Shown here: piece after piece, positions 1-10,624 of the stretch
How the letters are laid out: the number at the start of each line of letters is the position of its first letter
How positions within the stretch are numbered: position 1 is the stretch's first letter
Source of the DNA: Squatina squatina
Lineage: Eukaryota
Reading direction: 5' to 3'
Length of the DNA: 33,153 nt
Assembly (NCBI GenBank): GCA_031763465.1
Contig: JARFOE010000013.1
Location: forward strand, 11,142,836-11,175,988
The notes under the pieces: generated by a model
Database searches by the model: none
The model's input: the letters and a program-made list of their open reading frames with translations, nothing else
What the model was told of the DNA's origin: nothing
Made by a program: the position numbers and the translations under genes

Positions 1-201
1 TCTACTAGTTACATCCTCAAAAAATTCTAGAAGATTTGTCAAGCATAATTTCCCTTTCATAAATCCATGCTGACTTTACCCGATCATGGCACTGCTTTCC
101 AAATGCGCTGCTATTACATCTTTAATAACCGATTCCAGCATCTTCCCCACTACCAACGTCAGGCTAACTGGTCTATAATTCCCCGTTTTCTCTCTCCCTC
201 C
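1..201 (-). mobile_element. CR1-clade LINE ORF2 reverse-transcriptase fragment (pseudogenised; runs off window start)
   Basis: Manual minus-strand translation gives GGREKTGNYRPVSLTLVVGKMLESVIKDVIAAHLESSAMIG*SQHGFMKGKLCLTNLLEFFEDVTSR, with the NYRPVSL and QHGF...CLTNL motifs and one stop. Confidence 0.95.
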
Positions 202-949
202 GTTTGATATTTGAATGAGTGTGCACTCAGGAATTAGACACAATGCTCACCTACTATTATTTGATCAAGCTCTGCAAACTGCAATTTCAGTCTAAGTGTA
301 AACTCTCTGAGGACCATAGTAACAATGACCAGAAATACAAATCCAACAAGCTTGCACATTTACAAAATTTACTAGTGGATATCCCATGGCGACACTCGGG
401 GCGAGTCACAGGATATGCAGTTTTTAATCCCAGGAATGTTATACCTTTTTACACACAATTAACTTTCCCACTGCAATTTCAGAAGAGATAAAGCTGAATT
501 TTGATGAATCTCAAATATTAAAGACTGTTACAAATTGTCCATTTAAAACCATTGCTTGCACAGCACAGTAAATTGATTTATAATACAATACACTTTCTAA
601 ACACAAATTGCTGTAACAGCATACAATTGCCATGGATGTTGTATTACATAATGATTTACGATATCGGACTTGCCCCCAGCTATTGCTGCATTACAAAGAA
701 GACACCTTATAAACTGTAAATGCAGCAGGAGTCCGTCTTTATCATCATTGCACATTTCGCCCATGTGAGTCTCTACTGTATTCATTATGTACAGGAAACA
801 GTAAATGTGAAATTCTTCACTTGTTTTACAGTCTGTGTAATATACTTGACACGAATGAAAGGGATAATCTCCAACACCCTCTGCTGTTGGGTCAGTGATG
901 AGGTGCTAATTCTTTATGTTGCAGGCGTTCTTTATGTTGGGTCGATACC

Positions 950-1177
950 AGTGGCGTGAATATTGGCCGTTGTTTCCCAGAGTGGCCGGCGCCATTTTAA
1001 GCATTTTCATGCTCACTCCCTTTCGCGCTGTAAAGGAAGTGGTGGCGCTTGATGTAGCGCTCCGCTTCCCACTTGGAGCGCTAAAGTGGAAGTTCCCGTC
1101 AGCTGCAAATCTTTTTCACCCAGCGATACTTTTGTGCTCCTGCCACCCCAAATGGGACGCTGCGTAATTTTTAGCCA
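950..1177. mobile_element. Degenerate GC-rich MITE-like element (probably Harbinger-related)
   Basis: CpG-rich island in AT-rich DNA. Internal 9-bp inverted repeat TAGCGCTCC/GGAGCGCTA (1055-1083). Right end AATTTTTAGCC resembles other TIR ends in the window. Confidence 0.45.
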
Positions 1178-1829
1178 TAGATCATATTTCAGTGAGGGGT
1201 CATCGGATTGGGTTAATTTTAAAAAAAAGGGCCTGAAACCATTTTAAAGCTCATCAAGATCTTTAAACATTGCACCAGTGAGATGTTTTGAAGTGGTGAA
1301 GGGGCTGCTGCAAAATCTGATCCCAGAATCTGGAGAGTGATCAGGAGAGGTTTTATGTCATTATGACTGCCATCTTTACGATTGACGGCTTTCTCGTGAC
1401 TAGGTGCTTTTCTCGTGGGTTACTTGTGTTGAAGTTGGAAATGACTTGAGGCACCTCAGCAACTTGGAACAAACATTGTATTCACCAATAGCAAGCTTCT
1501 CCAGCACTAGACTAAGGCTGGGTCTAGTCTGGTTAACCATACATCAACTGGCACTGCTCTGAGCTCCAAGATGGAACTCCAAGTTCAGGTGAACTACCAA
1601 GTGAGGAGAAAGAGAAGAGGGGCAGGCTTACAAAGATCGCATGACTTTATACTCCCACAATTGAGATACTGTAGTTTGTACAAGGCAAACTCAAAACATC
1701 AATCCTGATACATAACACCTTTCATAGAATTTTTTTAAAAAGAAAAAATTGTTAGGCATGTGTATCAGCAATAAGGAAAGCTAACAGAGAAGATAACTTT
1801 TATATGTTTTTTTTTAAATAAGAGGTTTG

Positions 1830-2010
1830 ATACTGTGCACTGTGTGAAGCTACAGAGCAGGAAGCTGCCTGGTCTCGATAGAGTTACCTGATGTCAGGTG
1901 GAATGACAATAGGGCTGCTAAATTGGCTTCAGTATCCTGGGTTATGAAAAGAAAAAGGTGGTTGGGACTCCTGCTGCTGATAGATATCCAATCATGCGGG
2001 AAGTGCACAA
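1830..2010 (+). mobile_element. Old tRNA-derived SINE-like repeat (family C), 5' part
   Basis: TGCCTGGTCTC..GAGTTACCTGAT and GCTAAATTGGCTTCAGTATCC match the reverse complements of copies at 7556-7705 and 31750-32010. Confidence 0.6.
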
Positions 2011-2034
2011 TATGGCCATCATATGAAGACCATC

Positions 2035-2160
2035 AACAATTACAAGGCCAATTACAACATTTCAATTGCTATACTGGCAAAGATCAGATAACTCAACACA
2101 AGATCAAAGCGAGAACTTTCCTTGTTTTTAATTCTTGTGAATACTAGGTAGTTCATTTAT
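2035..2160 (-). mobile_element. Old SINE-like repeat (family C), inverted head fragment
   Basis: Its reverse complement GAGTTATCTGATC...CAAT...AATTGGCC aligns with GAGTTACCTGATG...CAAT...AATTGGCT at about 1881-1930. Confidence 0.5.
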
Positions 2161-2663
2161 ATGTTTTTTCATATTGAAACTAGTTTGATTTGTTTGCAAT
2201 GAAGGTTATGTAGACACATATATTTGTACAATTCCCTGAGCAGTAGCGAATATTAAACCTTTAAACCAATTTAATTTAAAACATTTTCCATTCAATGTAA
2301 ACAGATCTCGGGTTAAACGTTGACTCTGATCATGTGTAAAGACTAATTATGATGGGAAAACTCTTGAACTAATATGAGGACTGCCCCTGAAGGAACAATG
2401 GGTGTGACCATTCACTGTTTAATTGACAATTAACAATAGCAACCGAGACTTCATTTTATTTCCTTTGTTTATGTTTATTCTTATTCACTGCACATTCATT
2501 GCAAATTCATGTGTCAACAAATTTAACAATTTTTTTTGTCTTTGGATTCTGTTCGATTGACTTGGTGTACTTTGGGTCAAGGTATTTTTGTAAATCGTGT
2601 GTAAGATTTAAATTAGTTGCAAGCTACATATAATTTATTCAAAGCAGCCTCATAGCATTACAA

Positions 2664-2990
2664 GGAAATATATAGAAATATATAAATACATATAAATTAC
2701 AACATGGAAGCAGGCCAATCAGCCAAACCAGGCTGTGTCGGCGTTTACCCCCCACACAAGCAAATTGTTGTAATCTTGTTTACCCACCCTATTCCCATAT
2801 CTCTTCATCCCTTTTCGTTCATCCACTGACCCAATGTAATCTTAAATGTTGTCATAGTTTCTGTCTCAACCATTAGCCCTGGTAGTGAATTCCGCAGCCT
2901 CAATTCTCTGTGTGGTTAAGTTTATCTTGCTCTCTGTTGTAAAGCTCTTGCATTTAGTTTTGTATCTATGGCCCCATGTTCTGCACCCCT
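2664..2990 (-). mobile_element. Old CR1 LINE 3' end
   Basis: Degenerate (CATAGAAA)-like tail repeats at 2664-2700, then ACAACATGGAAGCAGGCCAATCAGCC and CCTGGTAGTGAATTCC, typical of a CR1 3' UTR/ORF2 end in reverse. Confidence 0.75.
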
Positions 2991-2994
2991 TAAT

Positions 2995-3159
2995 TAGAAA
3001 CATAGAAAAATAGAAAATAGGTGCAGGAGTAGGCCATTCGGCCCTTCGGGCCTGCACCGCCATTCAACACGATCATGGCTGATCAGTACCCCGTACCTGC
3101 TTTCTCTCCATACCCCCTGATCCCTTTAGTCGTAAGGGCCACATCTAACTCCCTTTTGA
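2995..3159 (-). mobile_element. Young CR1 (HER1-like) LINE 3' end, truncated by gap
   Basis: TAGAAACATAGAAAAATAGAAAATAGGTGCAGGAGTAGGCCATTCGGCCC...GATCATGGCTGATC is the typical shark CR1 tail and 3' UTR. CpGs are retained. Confidence 0.9.
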
Positions 3160-3259
3160 NNNNNNNNNNNNNNNNNNNNNNNNNNNNNNNNNNNNNNNNN
3201 NNNNNNNNNNNNNNNNNNNNNNNNNNNNNNNNNNNNNNNNNNNNNNNNNNNNNNNNNNN

Positions 3260-3305
3260 CACCGGGGCGAGAGGACTCCGAACTGGGCGCTGTCGAATTG
3301 GGCCC
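3260..3305. mobile_element. Right end of a Harbinger-type MITE (rest in gap)
   Basis: GC-rich stub ending GAATTGGGCCC, followed by TCA. Confidence 0.45.
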
Positions 3306-4055
3306 TCATTGTGTCCAGATGTTGTTATTGCCCGGTATAATTCCAAGGGCTTTATTTGTAAATTTGTAACAATTTGCCATTTAATTACTGTGAATAATGG
3401 AAAACTGTCATCTCGTGTCATTGTTAAAAATAAGCTGTGGGCTGGGACTAAATTTTGATCCGAGTCATTACTGGTGTTTCTAGAGAATATTGTTAAATAG
3501 GGATTTGTCAGATATTTGCTGTCTTGTGGAATTAATACATGGCTGTTACATTTAAATTCCTTTTGTAATTAGAAAGTGCTTGTGCCTAATGAGAGAAAGG
3601 AGCAGATCGTTTGCATGTAATTAATTGCACAGGCTAATTAGTAATGGATCGGCGGCTATCCAGTGAATTTCTTAAAATCACTTAACAAGTGCTATGTATT
3701 CCAATTGATCTAGTAAATTAAAAACAGAAGAGACTGAATTCTGATTTAACAATCTGGGAATAGGTTAATGCAGTATAACATTGAAGTAAAATAATGTATT
3801 AGAATCAATTGGAGAGAGGCTTGAACAATTTCTTGGATTTCGGAATCAAATCCTGTATCTAGAGGTAAATCCATCCTTAAGCATGTAACTGATTTTGCAC
3901 AACTTCATATCTTCAAGACAAGTTATTGTGCTCTGTTGCAGTACATAAATTATTCNNNNNNNNNNNNNNNNNNNNNNNNNNNNNNNNNNNNNNNNNNNNN
4001 NNNNNNNNNNNNNNNNNNNNNNNNNNNNNNNNNNNNNNNNNNNNNNNNNNNNNNN

Positions 4056-4240
4056 GATGCACATCTCTTCCCTGAAAGACATTAATGAACCAGTGCAGTT
4101 TTTTTTTTAAACAATCTGAGCGTTCATGGTCATTTTATCTGGTGCCAGCCCACAAGATTTCAATTTCACAATTTGCCATGGTGATATTGAACTCACGATT
4201 TGTGGCTTGCTAGTAGAGTAACAAAACAGTTAGGCTACCT
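4056..4240 (-). mobile_element. tRNA-derived SINE (family B) 5' half
   Basis: Reverse complement matches 14040-14356 and 16985-17310 (GAGTTCAA..ACCATGGCAA, GACCATGAA, GGTTCA.TAATGTC.TT.AGG). Confidence 0.75.
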
Positions 4241-4365
4241 TTGATAAACTCTAAAACATAGATGAGTGATTTGGACACCTGTAAAATCAATAAGACTTCT
4301 ATTAAAATTGACTGTCAAATTAAGATATAAAATTTGACGTGTACAGTGAATGTTATAATACTCCT

Positions 4366-4540
4366 ACAAAAGCAAAATGCCGCAGATGCTGGAAATACTC
4401 AGGTCAGGCAGCATCTGCAAGAGAAACAGTTAACTTTTCAAGTCGATGACCTTTTGTCAGAACTGGAAAAAGTTTGAGATGTAATAGATTTTAAGCAGGG
4501 GCAGGGAAAGGGGGGAGGGGAGGAAAGAACAAAAGGAAAA
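4366..4540 (-). mobile_element. Penelope/MER6-like repeat with decayed hammerhead-ribozyme core
   Basis: Contains GATGCTGGAAATACTCAG..GCAGCATCTG, a 10-bp perfect inverted repeat (4382-4391/4409-4418), and minus-strand CTGACAA-AAGGTCATCGACTT-GAAA (4436-4460). Confidence 0.7.
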
Positions 4541-4547
4541 TGAAATA

Positions 4548-4732
4548 AGTACATTTCTATAGCGCCTTCCACCACCACCAGACATCTCAAAGTGCTTTAC
4601 AGCCAGTGAAGTACTTTTGGAGTGTAGTCACTATTGTAATGTGGGAAACGTGGCAGCCATTTTGCACACAACAAGCTCCCACAAACAGCAATGTGACCAT
4701 GAGCAGATAAACTGTTTGTCGTTTGAGTGATG
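4548..4732 (-). mobile_element. DeuSINE (SacSINE1-like) 3' half
   Basis: Reverse complement matches 17790-17967 (GCTGTAAAG, AGTACTTCA, GTGACTACAC, GGCTGCCAC, CTGTTTGTGG). Confidence 0.9.
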
Positions 4733-5152
4733 CATTCTTTCCAGAGGGTTGATGAAGGTAATGCGGTGACGTAGTGTACCTGGATTTCCAAAAGGTGTTT
4801 GACAATAAGCTTGCCAGCAATGTTGAAGCCTATGGAATAAAAGGGACAGTGGCAGCCTGGATACAAAATTGGCTGAGTGACAGGAGACAGTAGTGGTGAA
4901 CGGTTGTTTCTTGGACTGGAGGAAGGTACACAGTGGTGGTCCCCTCGGTTGGTTCTTGGACCACTACTTTTCTTGATATATATTAATGGCTTGGAAGTGG
5001 GTGTACAGAACACAATTTCAATATTTGCAGATGACACAAAACTTGGAAATATAGTGAACAGTGAGGAGTAGTGTGATAGACTTGTGGAATGGGTGGGCAC
5101 GTGGCAGATCAAATTTAATGCAGAAAAGTGGGAGGTGATACATCTTGGTGGG
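4733..5152 (+). mobile_element. CR1 LINE reverse-transcriptase fragment (frameshifted)
   Basis: Peptide motifs RVDEGNAV, VVYLDFQKVFD, WIQNWLSDR, LGPLLFLIYIN, FADDTKL and WQIKFNAEK are spread over shifting frames. Confidence 0.95.
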
Positions 5153-6959
5153 NNNNNNNNNNNNNNNNNNNNNNNNNNNNNNNNNNNNNNNNNNNNNNNN
5201 NNNNNNNNNNNNNNNNNNNNNNNNNNNNNNNNNNNNNNNNNNNNNNNNNNNNNNNNNNNNNNNNNNNNNNNNNNNNNNNNNNNNNNNNNNNNNNNNNNNN
5301 NNNNNNNNNNNNNNNNNNNNNNNNNNNNNNNNNNNNNNNNNNNNNNNNNNNNNNNNNNNNNNNNNNNNNNNNNNNNNNNNNNNNNNNNNNNNNNNNNNNN
5401 NNNNNNNNNNNNNNNNNNNNNNNNNNNNNNNNNNNNNNNNNNNNNNNNNNNNNNNNNNNNNNNNNNNNNNNNNNNNNNNNNNNNNNNNNNNNNNNNNNNN
5501 NNNNNNNNNNNNNNNNNNNNNNNNNNNNNNNNNNNNNNNNNNNNNNNNNNNNNNNNNNNNNNNNNNNNNNNNNNNNNNNNNNNNNNNNNNNNNNNNNNNN
5601 NNNNNNNNNNNNNNNNNNNNNNNNNNNNNNNNNNNNNNNNNNNNNNNNNNNNNNNNNNNNNNNNNNNNNNNNNNNNNNNNNNNNNNNNNNNNNNNNNNNN
5701 NNNNNNNNNNNNNNNNNNNNNNNNNNNNNNNNNNNNNNNNNNNNNNNNNNNNNNNNNNNNNNNNNNNNNNNTTCAATGTTGCAAATTGGCCAGTATATGT
5801 GTTTCATATTGGCGCTGCTGTTGTGGCAAAGAAGACCCTACCTCTGGAATGGGGCTTATGCCAATGCCCATTCTGATGTATGGACATATAAAATGGCTTA
5901 GAACCATGAAAGAATCTCCACACATCAGCCTTTGTATTATACCCTCTATCATCACACTCTGATCGATTCCTTTCAGCATTTCATTACCAAGAAAATAAAA
6001 CTTATGTATGTATGTATTCTCAAAGAAAAATGCACTTCTAAAATGATCGCAGCACAAGGAAAGCAATTCCATTCATTTTCCCTGTGCAGATTCAAATGCT
6101 GATCTGGATTATGGGTTTGGGTTTCACCATAAGTAAGGTAACAAAATATAAATAAGATGCTGTTAGCAAAATAAGAGTTGGATTAGCCATCAATTGGATT
6201 CCATTAAAGGCCTTAAACAGCCATCAAGAAAGAGAAGATTTCATCTGATCTTATTTTGGTTGGATTCNNNNNNNNNNCTGAGGTCCCTGAGGTGACAGCA
6301 CAGTACTGCACACATGCTGACACCCTATCCTTTTTTAAAATTGAACCTCAGCAGATCAGCCTTTCGGGATACTAAAGCTTTGCTCTCAGACAGGCAGATT
6401 ATTTTTCAATTAGGTTTTTATCTCCACTAAATTCTTGCTTTACATATTTATAAAATCCCATCACAGCCAAGTCAAATTTATTCCAACCATTTGTATCATG
6501 CCAAAAATTAAAACAGCTGCAACAACAGATGGGCATAAAGCTAACAGATTCACATATCAAAAAGCAAAAGCTCTAGAGACGTATCCATACAATTTACAAT
6601 AACTAAGCGTTTATAAAGAAGGACTTGAACACAGCCACATTACAAGTGGTAATTTTAGTTGAATTATATTTTCATCTAAAATTTTGGTCCAAGAGAACTG
6701 TTGCCNNNNNNNNNNNNNNNNNNNNNNNNNNNNNNNNNNNNNNNNNNNNNNNNNNNNNNNNNNNNNNNNNNNNNNNNNNNNNNNNNNNNNNNNNNNNNNN
6801 NNNNNAGGTCATTGAACCGAGTGGCCCTTCTAAGAGGATTTGGAGCAGCTATCTCTGACCTTCTTTCCAGCTCTCAGTGAACTCCAGCAATGACCATGTG
6901 CTGCCTGAAATGTCATCCCCTTTAAGAACTGGAATGAGCAGGCAGCTGATTATTGCTGA

Positions 6960-7158
6960 ATGAAAGTCACCTGAAATTAGCTGCAGCTCTGGTAATAGCG
7001 CCCCTGCAGCGCCCCACTGGGGCCATTAGTGCCTCAGATACTGCCTCCCTTCATTTCTGAGGTGAAAATGTCTAATTTCCCACAATTTTGCAGCCCATCT
7101 CGCCGGGCGTTAACTGTTCAAAAAGTTAAAAGTTGTGGCGCCACCGAATTTTGCCCCC
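6960..7158. mobile_element. Harbinger-type MITE right end
   Basis: Ends GAATTTTGCCCCC. Its reverse complement (GGCGCC..AGTTAACGCC..GCAAAATT) parallels the left end at 29578-29670. Confidence 0.5.
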
Positions 7159-7555
7159 AAGATCTTTAATTATATGGATACTTCACTGATGTTAGGGATT
7201 CTTTTGCCACAATCTCAAATTTGTCCAGTCTTCCCTAATGAATAGACTAATTTGAATATATTTTACATACGTGTAATATATTGACAACATACACGTGCAG
7301 TGCACTGAAGTCTGAACGGTAATTATCACCTCCCAAACAAGCTCTAAAGATTCGACTCTACCATCACAGGTAACAAAGTACAGATGATAGAGGCCATTTG
7401 ATCCATCTAGCTCATCCACCCAGTCATATCATCTAACAACTTCTTGAATGATTCAGATGTTGGGGATTTCCTCCTGATCCGCAGCTGTAACTTCAGCGAG
7501 TGTTTGGCAGAAACCTCATTTACACGTGAAAACGGGGTATTCACTGAAGTTACCC

Positions 7556-7705
7556 CAGTGGTACTGAGGCCAAATGTAGCAAACCCCACTGTTGCATAAT
7601 TGAGATCAGTTAACTTGGCAGACTGGGAACAAACCTAGATCTTCCGAGACTATTTGCCTCAGTAGCACACCACACAGTTCATTTACACACCAAGCAATTG
7701 GAGAA
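7556..7705 (-). mobile_element. Old SINE-like repeat (family C) head
   Basis: GGTACTGAGGCCAAATGTAGC..GAGATCAGTTAACT matches the reverse complement of 1880-1937. Confidence 0.6.
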
Positions 7706-8709
7706 TACATTGTTATTTTAGTAGCTATTATGCCCATTATGAATTCAAAGTCTGTTGCCAAAAGATTTTATGAGAAGTAATATCTAGCAGGAAGGATGAA
7801 GAGGCCGTCAGGTCTGAAAATATCAATGATACCTGATGACACTTTGAATTGCTAATGCCTGGGATTCGCATTAGTAGTTGTTCCAAAGGAATCAGAAATA
7901 TTACAATACATGCCAGTTACCAGACACCATTTCTGTCAGAAAATTCAGTTGAAAAGAACATTTGCTCAGCTACGTATTAATAATTTAGATATTCTAATCA
8001 ACAAATTGCTGACTTATAGCAACTTCAGAAACTGGTTGTTGTTTTAAGCACTGAAATGGATACATTATTGGATGTGATTATTTAAAAACAAAACAACAGG
8101 TAGTTTCCTTATGCATTGTTCACCAAATATGGGGACCACATTGTGATCATCGATTATCCCAAATAAATCGAGTTTTAATCATTTGGGTAGTTTTTAAAAT
8201 ATATTCTCTGGCCTCTCATTTGCAAAATTACCGTAGGGATCGGAATTGCAGCTAATTTTCTATTCAGTTCCAAGAGCGCATCACGTAATGTTTCCAAAAA
8301 GCAAAATGTGATAATTTGTCACTGTGCTGTCTAGATCTATATCAGTGTGCCTGTCAGCGCTGTAAATATAAATATTCTTTAAAATCAGTAAGTCAGGATA
8401 GAGCATGCATATGTTACTGCTTGTTAGCATTAATGGCTACATGCCAGCACTCATATCATTTATTTATATTCTTATTAATATTCAAACTGCCCAAAAATGT
8501 ATACACCAACCTACAAAACTCTGAAAAGCTGACAAACAGCTTCAAAACTGCTGACACAGCCCCCCCAAAAACTAACAAACAAAAAATAGCATCCAACCGA
8601 AAAACATCCTTGATTAAAGGCCTATGACCAAGGCCACAGCTTCAAGTTTACTGAGTAAGCTGGATAGTCTTTTCAGAATTGTTCTTAGTGATTTGGGATC
8701 ACATTCTGC

Positions 8710-9622
8710 AGGATTGATTTTTTAAGATCCCCTCCCTACCTTGTAGAAATGAGGAGTGGGAGGGGTTAAATTTGTCCGAATCCAGTTACTGCACGGCAAC
8801 ATTTTTATCTTCACCGACTTTGAAGTCGAACGAGGCTCTCACTGCATGCAGGCGGGGTCCTAATTTTAATCTCAAAGTCGTGGTCGGATGATGTCACCAG
8901 CACTGCAGTGGTAGTTTAACTTTGGCATTCAGGATGCCCTCACAGGACCAACCCCGACAGCCAAACCATGGCAGGAGTCGCAAGTGGCCAGAAGAGGCCA
9001 AGATAAGTTTACAGAACCTCGCTTTCTTCATTATTTCCAGGTATGCTGCCTGTATCCACGCACTGATCCCACCTCAAGTTAAAAGATTGTTTTCTGTGAA
9101 AATCAGTCACTCACATATGACGTATGAAAGGCTTAACCAATAGCACCAATGGAGAGCCAGAACACCTTGGCATTACCCAAGCATTCCAAATCACTCTCAT
9201 AAGTTGCGTCTCAGGAGGCTGCACTTTACCCATGAAGCTTTGGAAAAGCTCCGTCTGCTGTTGCAGCCAGATAATGTCAACAGTATGGACAGCTCCTAAA
9301 TTTCCAGGGTGCCACAGGAACCTTCTGTCAGATCAGCCAAAGCACTGTCCATGCATGCATCAGACAAGTGACAAATGCTATCTTTTCAGGGTGGCTCAGT
9401 TTATACAGTTTCACAGTGGTTCCAGACAGATGAATGAGAGGGCCAAGAACTTTTACAGAATCTCAGGCTTACCCAGGGTTTTGAGGTCAACAATTGCACA
9501 CATGGAAATATGCACCTCAAATGTGAACTCCATAATTACATGAATCAAAGAGGCTTTCATTCCCTGAATCTGCAGTTACTGTGTGATCATGAGGACAAAT
9601 TCCTGCATGTTAATGCACGTTA
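8710..9622 (+). mobile_element. PIF/Harbinger transposon relic with DDE (HARBI1-like) transposase pseudogene at about 9200-9622
   Basis: Frameshifted peptides CLRRLHF, FQGATGTFCQISQSTVHACIRQVTNAIF, ERAKNFYRISGLPRVL, NNCTH (decayed IDCTH) and YMNQRGFHSLNLQLLCDHEDKFLHVNAR. The left boundary is approximate. Confidence 0.88.
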
Positions 9623-9625
9623 AGA

Positions 9626-10624
9626 TGATCAGGTTCGTGTGCAAACCAAATATGGTGGGTAGATTGTGTTTATTCAGACTTTAGGGCAGAATATAAAACA
9701 CGAGCTATACAGCAAAAGCATACGACCGTGACACATAGATGGTGAACAGTTCTCTTGCTTATCGTCTCGTCTGGAACCTCAAAAGTGATTGACTTCAATG
9801 AGCGGGGTCCACTCGAAAGAATGTTCAACCAGCTCACCCTCGTGGTGCTCTCTCTCCTGTCTGTCTGAATAAGCCCTTATGGTGCTTCTTTTATCCTCTT
9901 TTTAGAGATGGGCCTGGGATCAATTTATTGACAAGGCTATTCAACCTATAGAGTTTCTCTTGTAAACTCATTACCCAATAGTCCTTTTAGTTTTTTTCTC
10001 CACTCTGGAGACAAAGCTCTCCCTAAAGGGGTGCTATGCCCTCCCATCAAATGTCTTTCTAAATTATTACATTTTGACAGCCACTCTATCTCCAACCCTC
10101 TCCCTTCAAAACTTTCAAAGCCATAGTCCTTATCTCTTCCTACATCCTCCCTATCCTGAAGTTAATGACTGACACATAGTCAAGCTCAGACACTCCATTG
10201 TTTATATCTGCTCATTAACTATCAGTTTTTTTTATGTCTGCAGCTGGCTAACAAGCTAACCGTTCCAATTCTCGTACTATTACATCATGAAGTGAATCAT
10301 TAAATGCTATTCTATTCTTTCACACTGGTTAACTTACGCATAATATGATTATTCAAAAATATAGGTTAAGCCTTTATTGTTGGCTAAATCAAACTAAGTC
10401 AAAAAGCCCTAACTTAAGAAGCAATAGATCGCTCAGCCTGGCATAGCTGAGGTCATGGGTCATTCTATGGCTCCTTTGTGGGATGCAGAATTTACTCCCT
10501 AATATAGCTCAGTGAAATTGTCTCAAAGCCTAACACAACCTTTTTCCCCAGAAAAGAAAGAGATTGACCCCTTACTTGTCTTGAAACATTCGCAAACCAA
10601 AAAGCTTTCAGTTATCCTTATTTT
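9626..10624 (-). mobile_element. Candidate LTR (ERV or LTR retrotransposon) truncating the Harbinger relic
   Basis: Abrupt junction inside the transposase. On the minus strand: TATA-like GATAAAAG (about 9888-9895), then Inr-like TTCAGAC, AATAAA (9669-9674), and CA at 9626. No TSD found. Confidence 0.3.

Noticed and set aside
1501-1532. 11-bp bulged hairpin
   Set aside because: It is isolated, too short for a pre-miRNA, and plausible by chance.
5018-5962. Long ORFs of 230-292 aa in the ORF track (and all other X-containing ORFs)
   Set aside because: They are artefacts of reading through N gaps.
6995-7025. CTCF-like sites
   Set aside because: Both candidates mismatch or are misspaced in the core, and they lie in a MITE remnant.
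9124-9622. Domesticated HARBI1 gene
   Set aside because: Multiple frameshifts, a decayed catalytic motif and truncation show it is a transposon relic.
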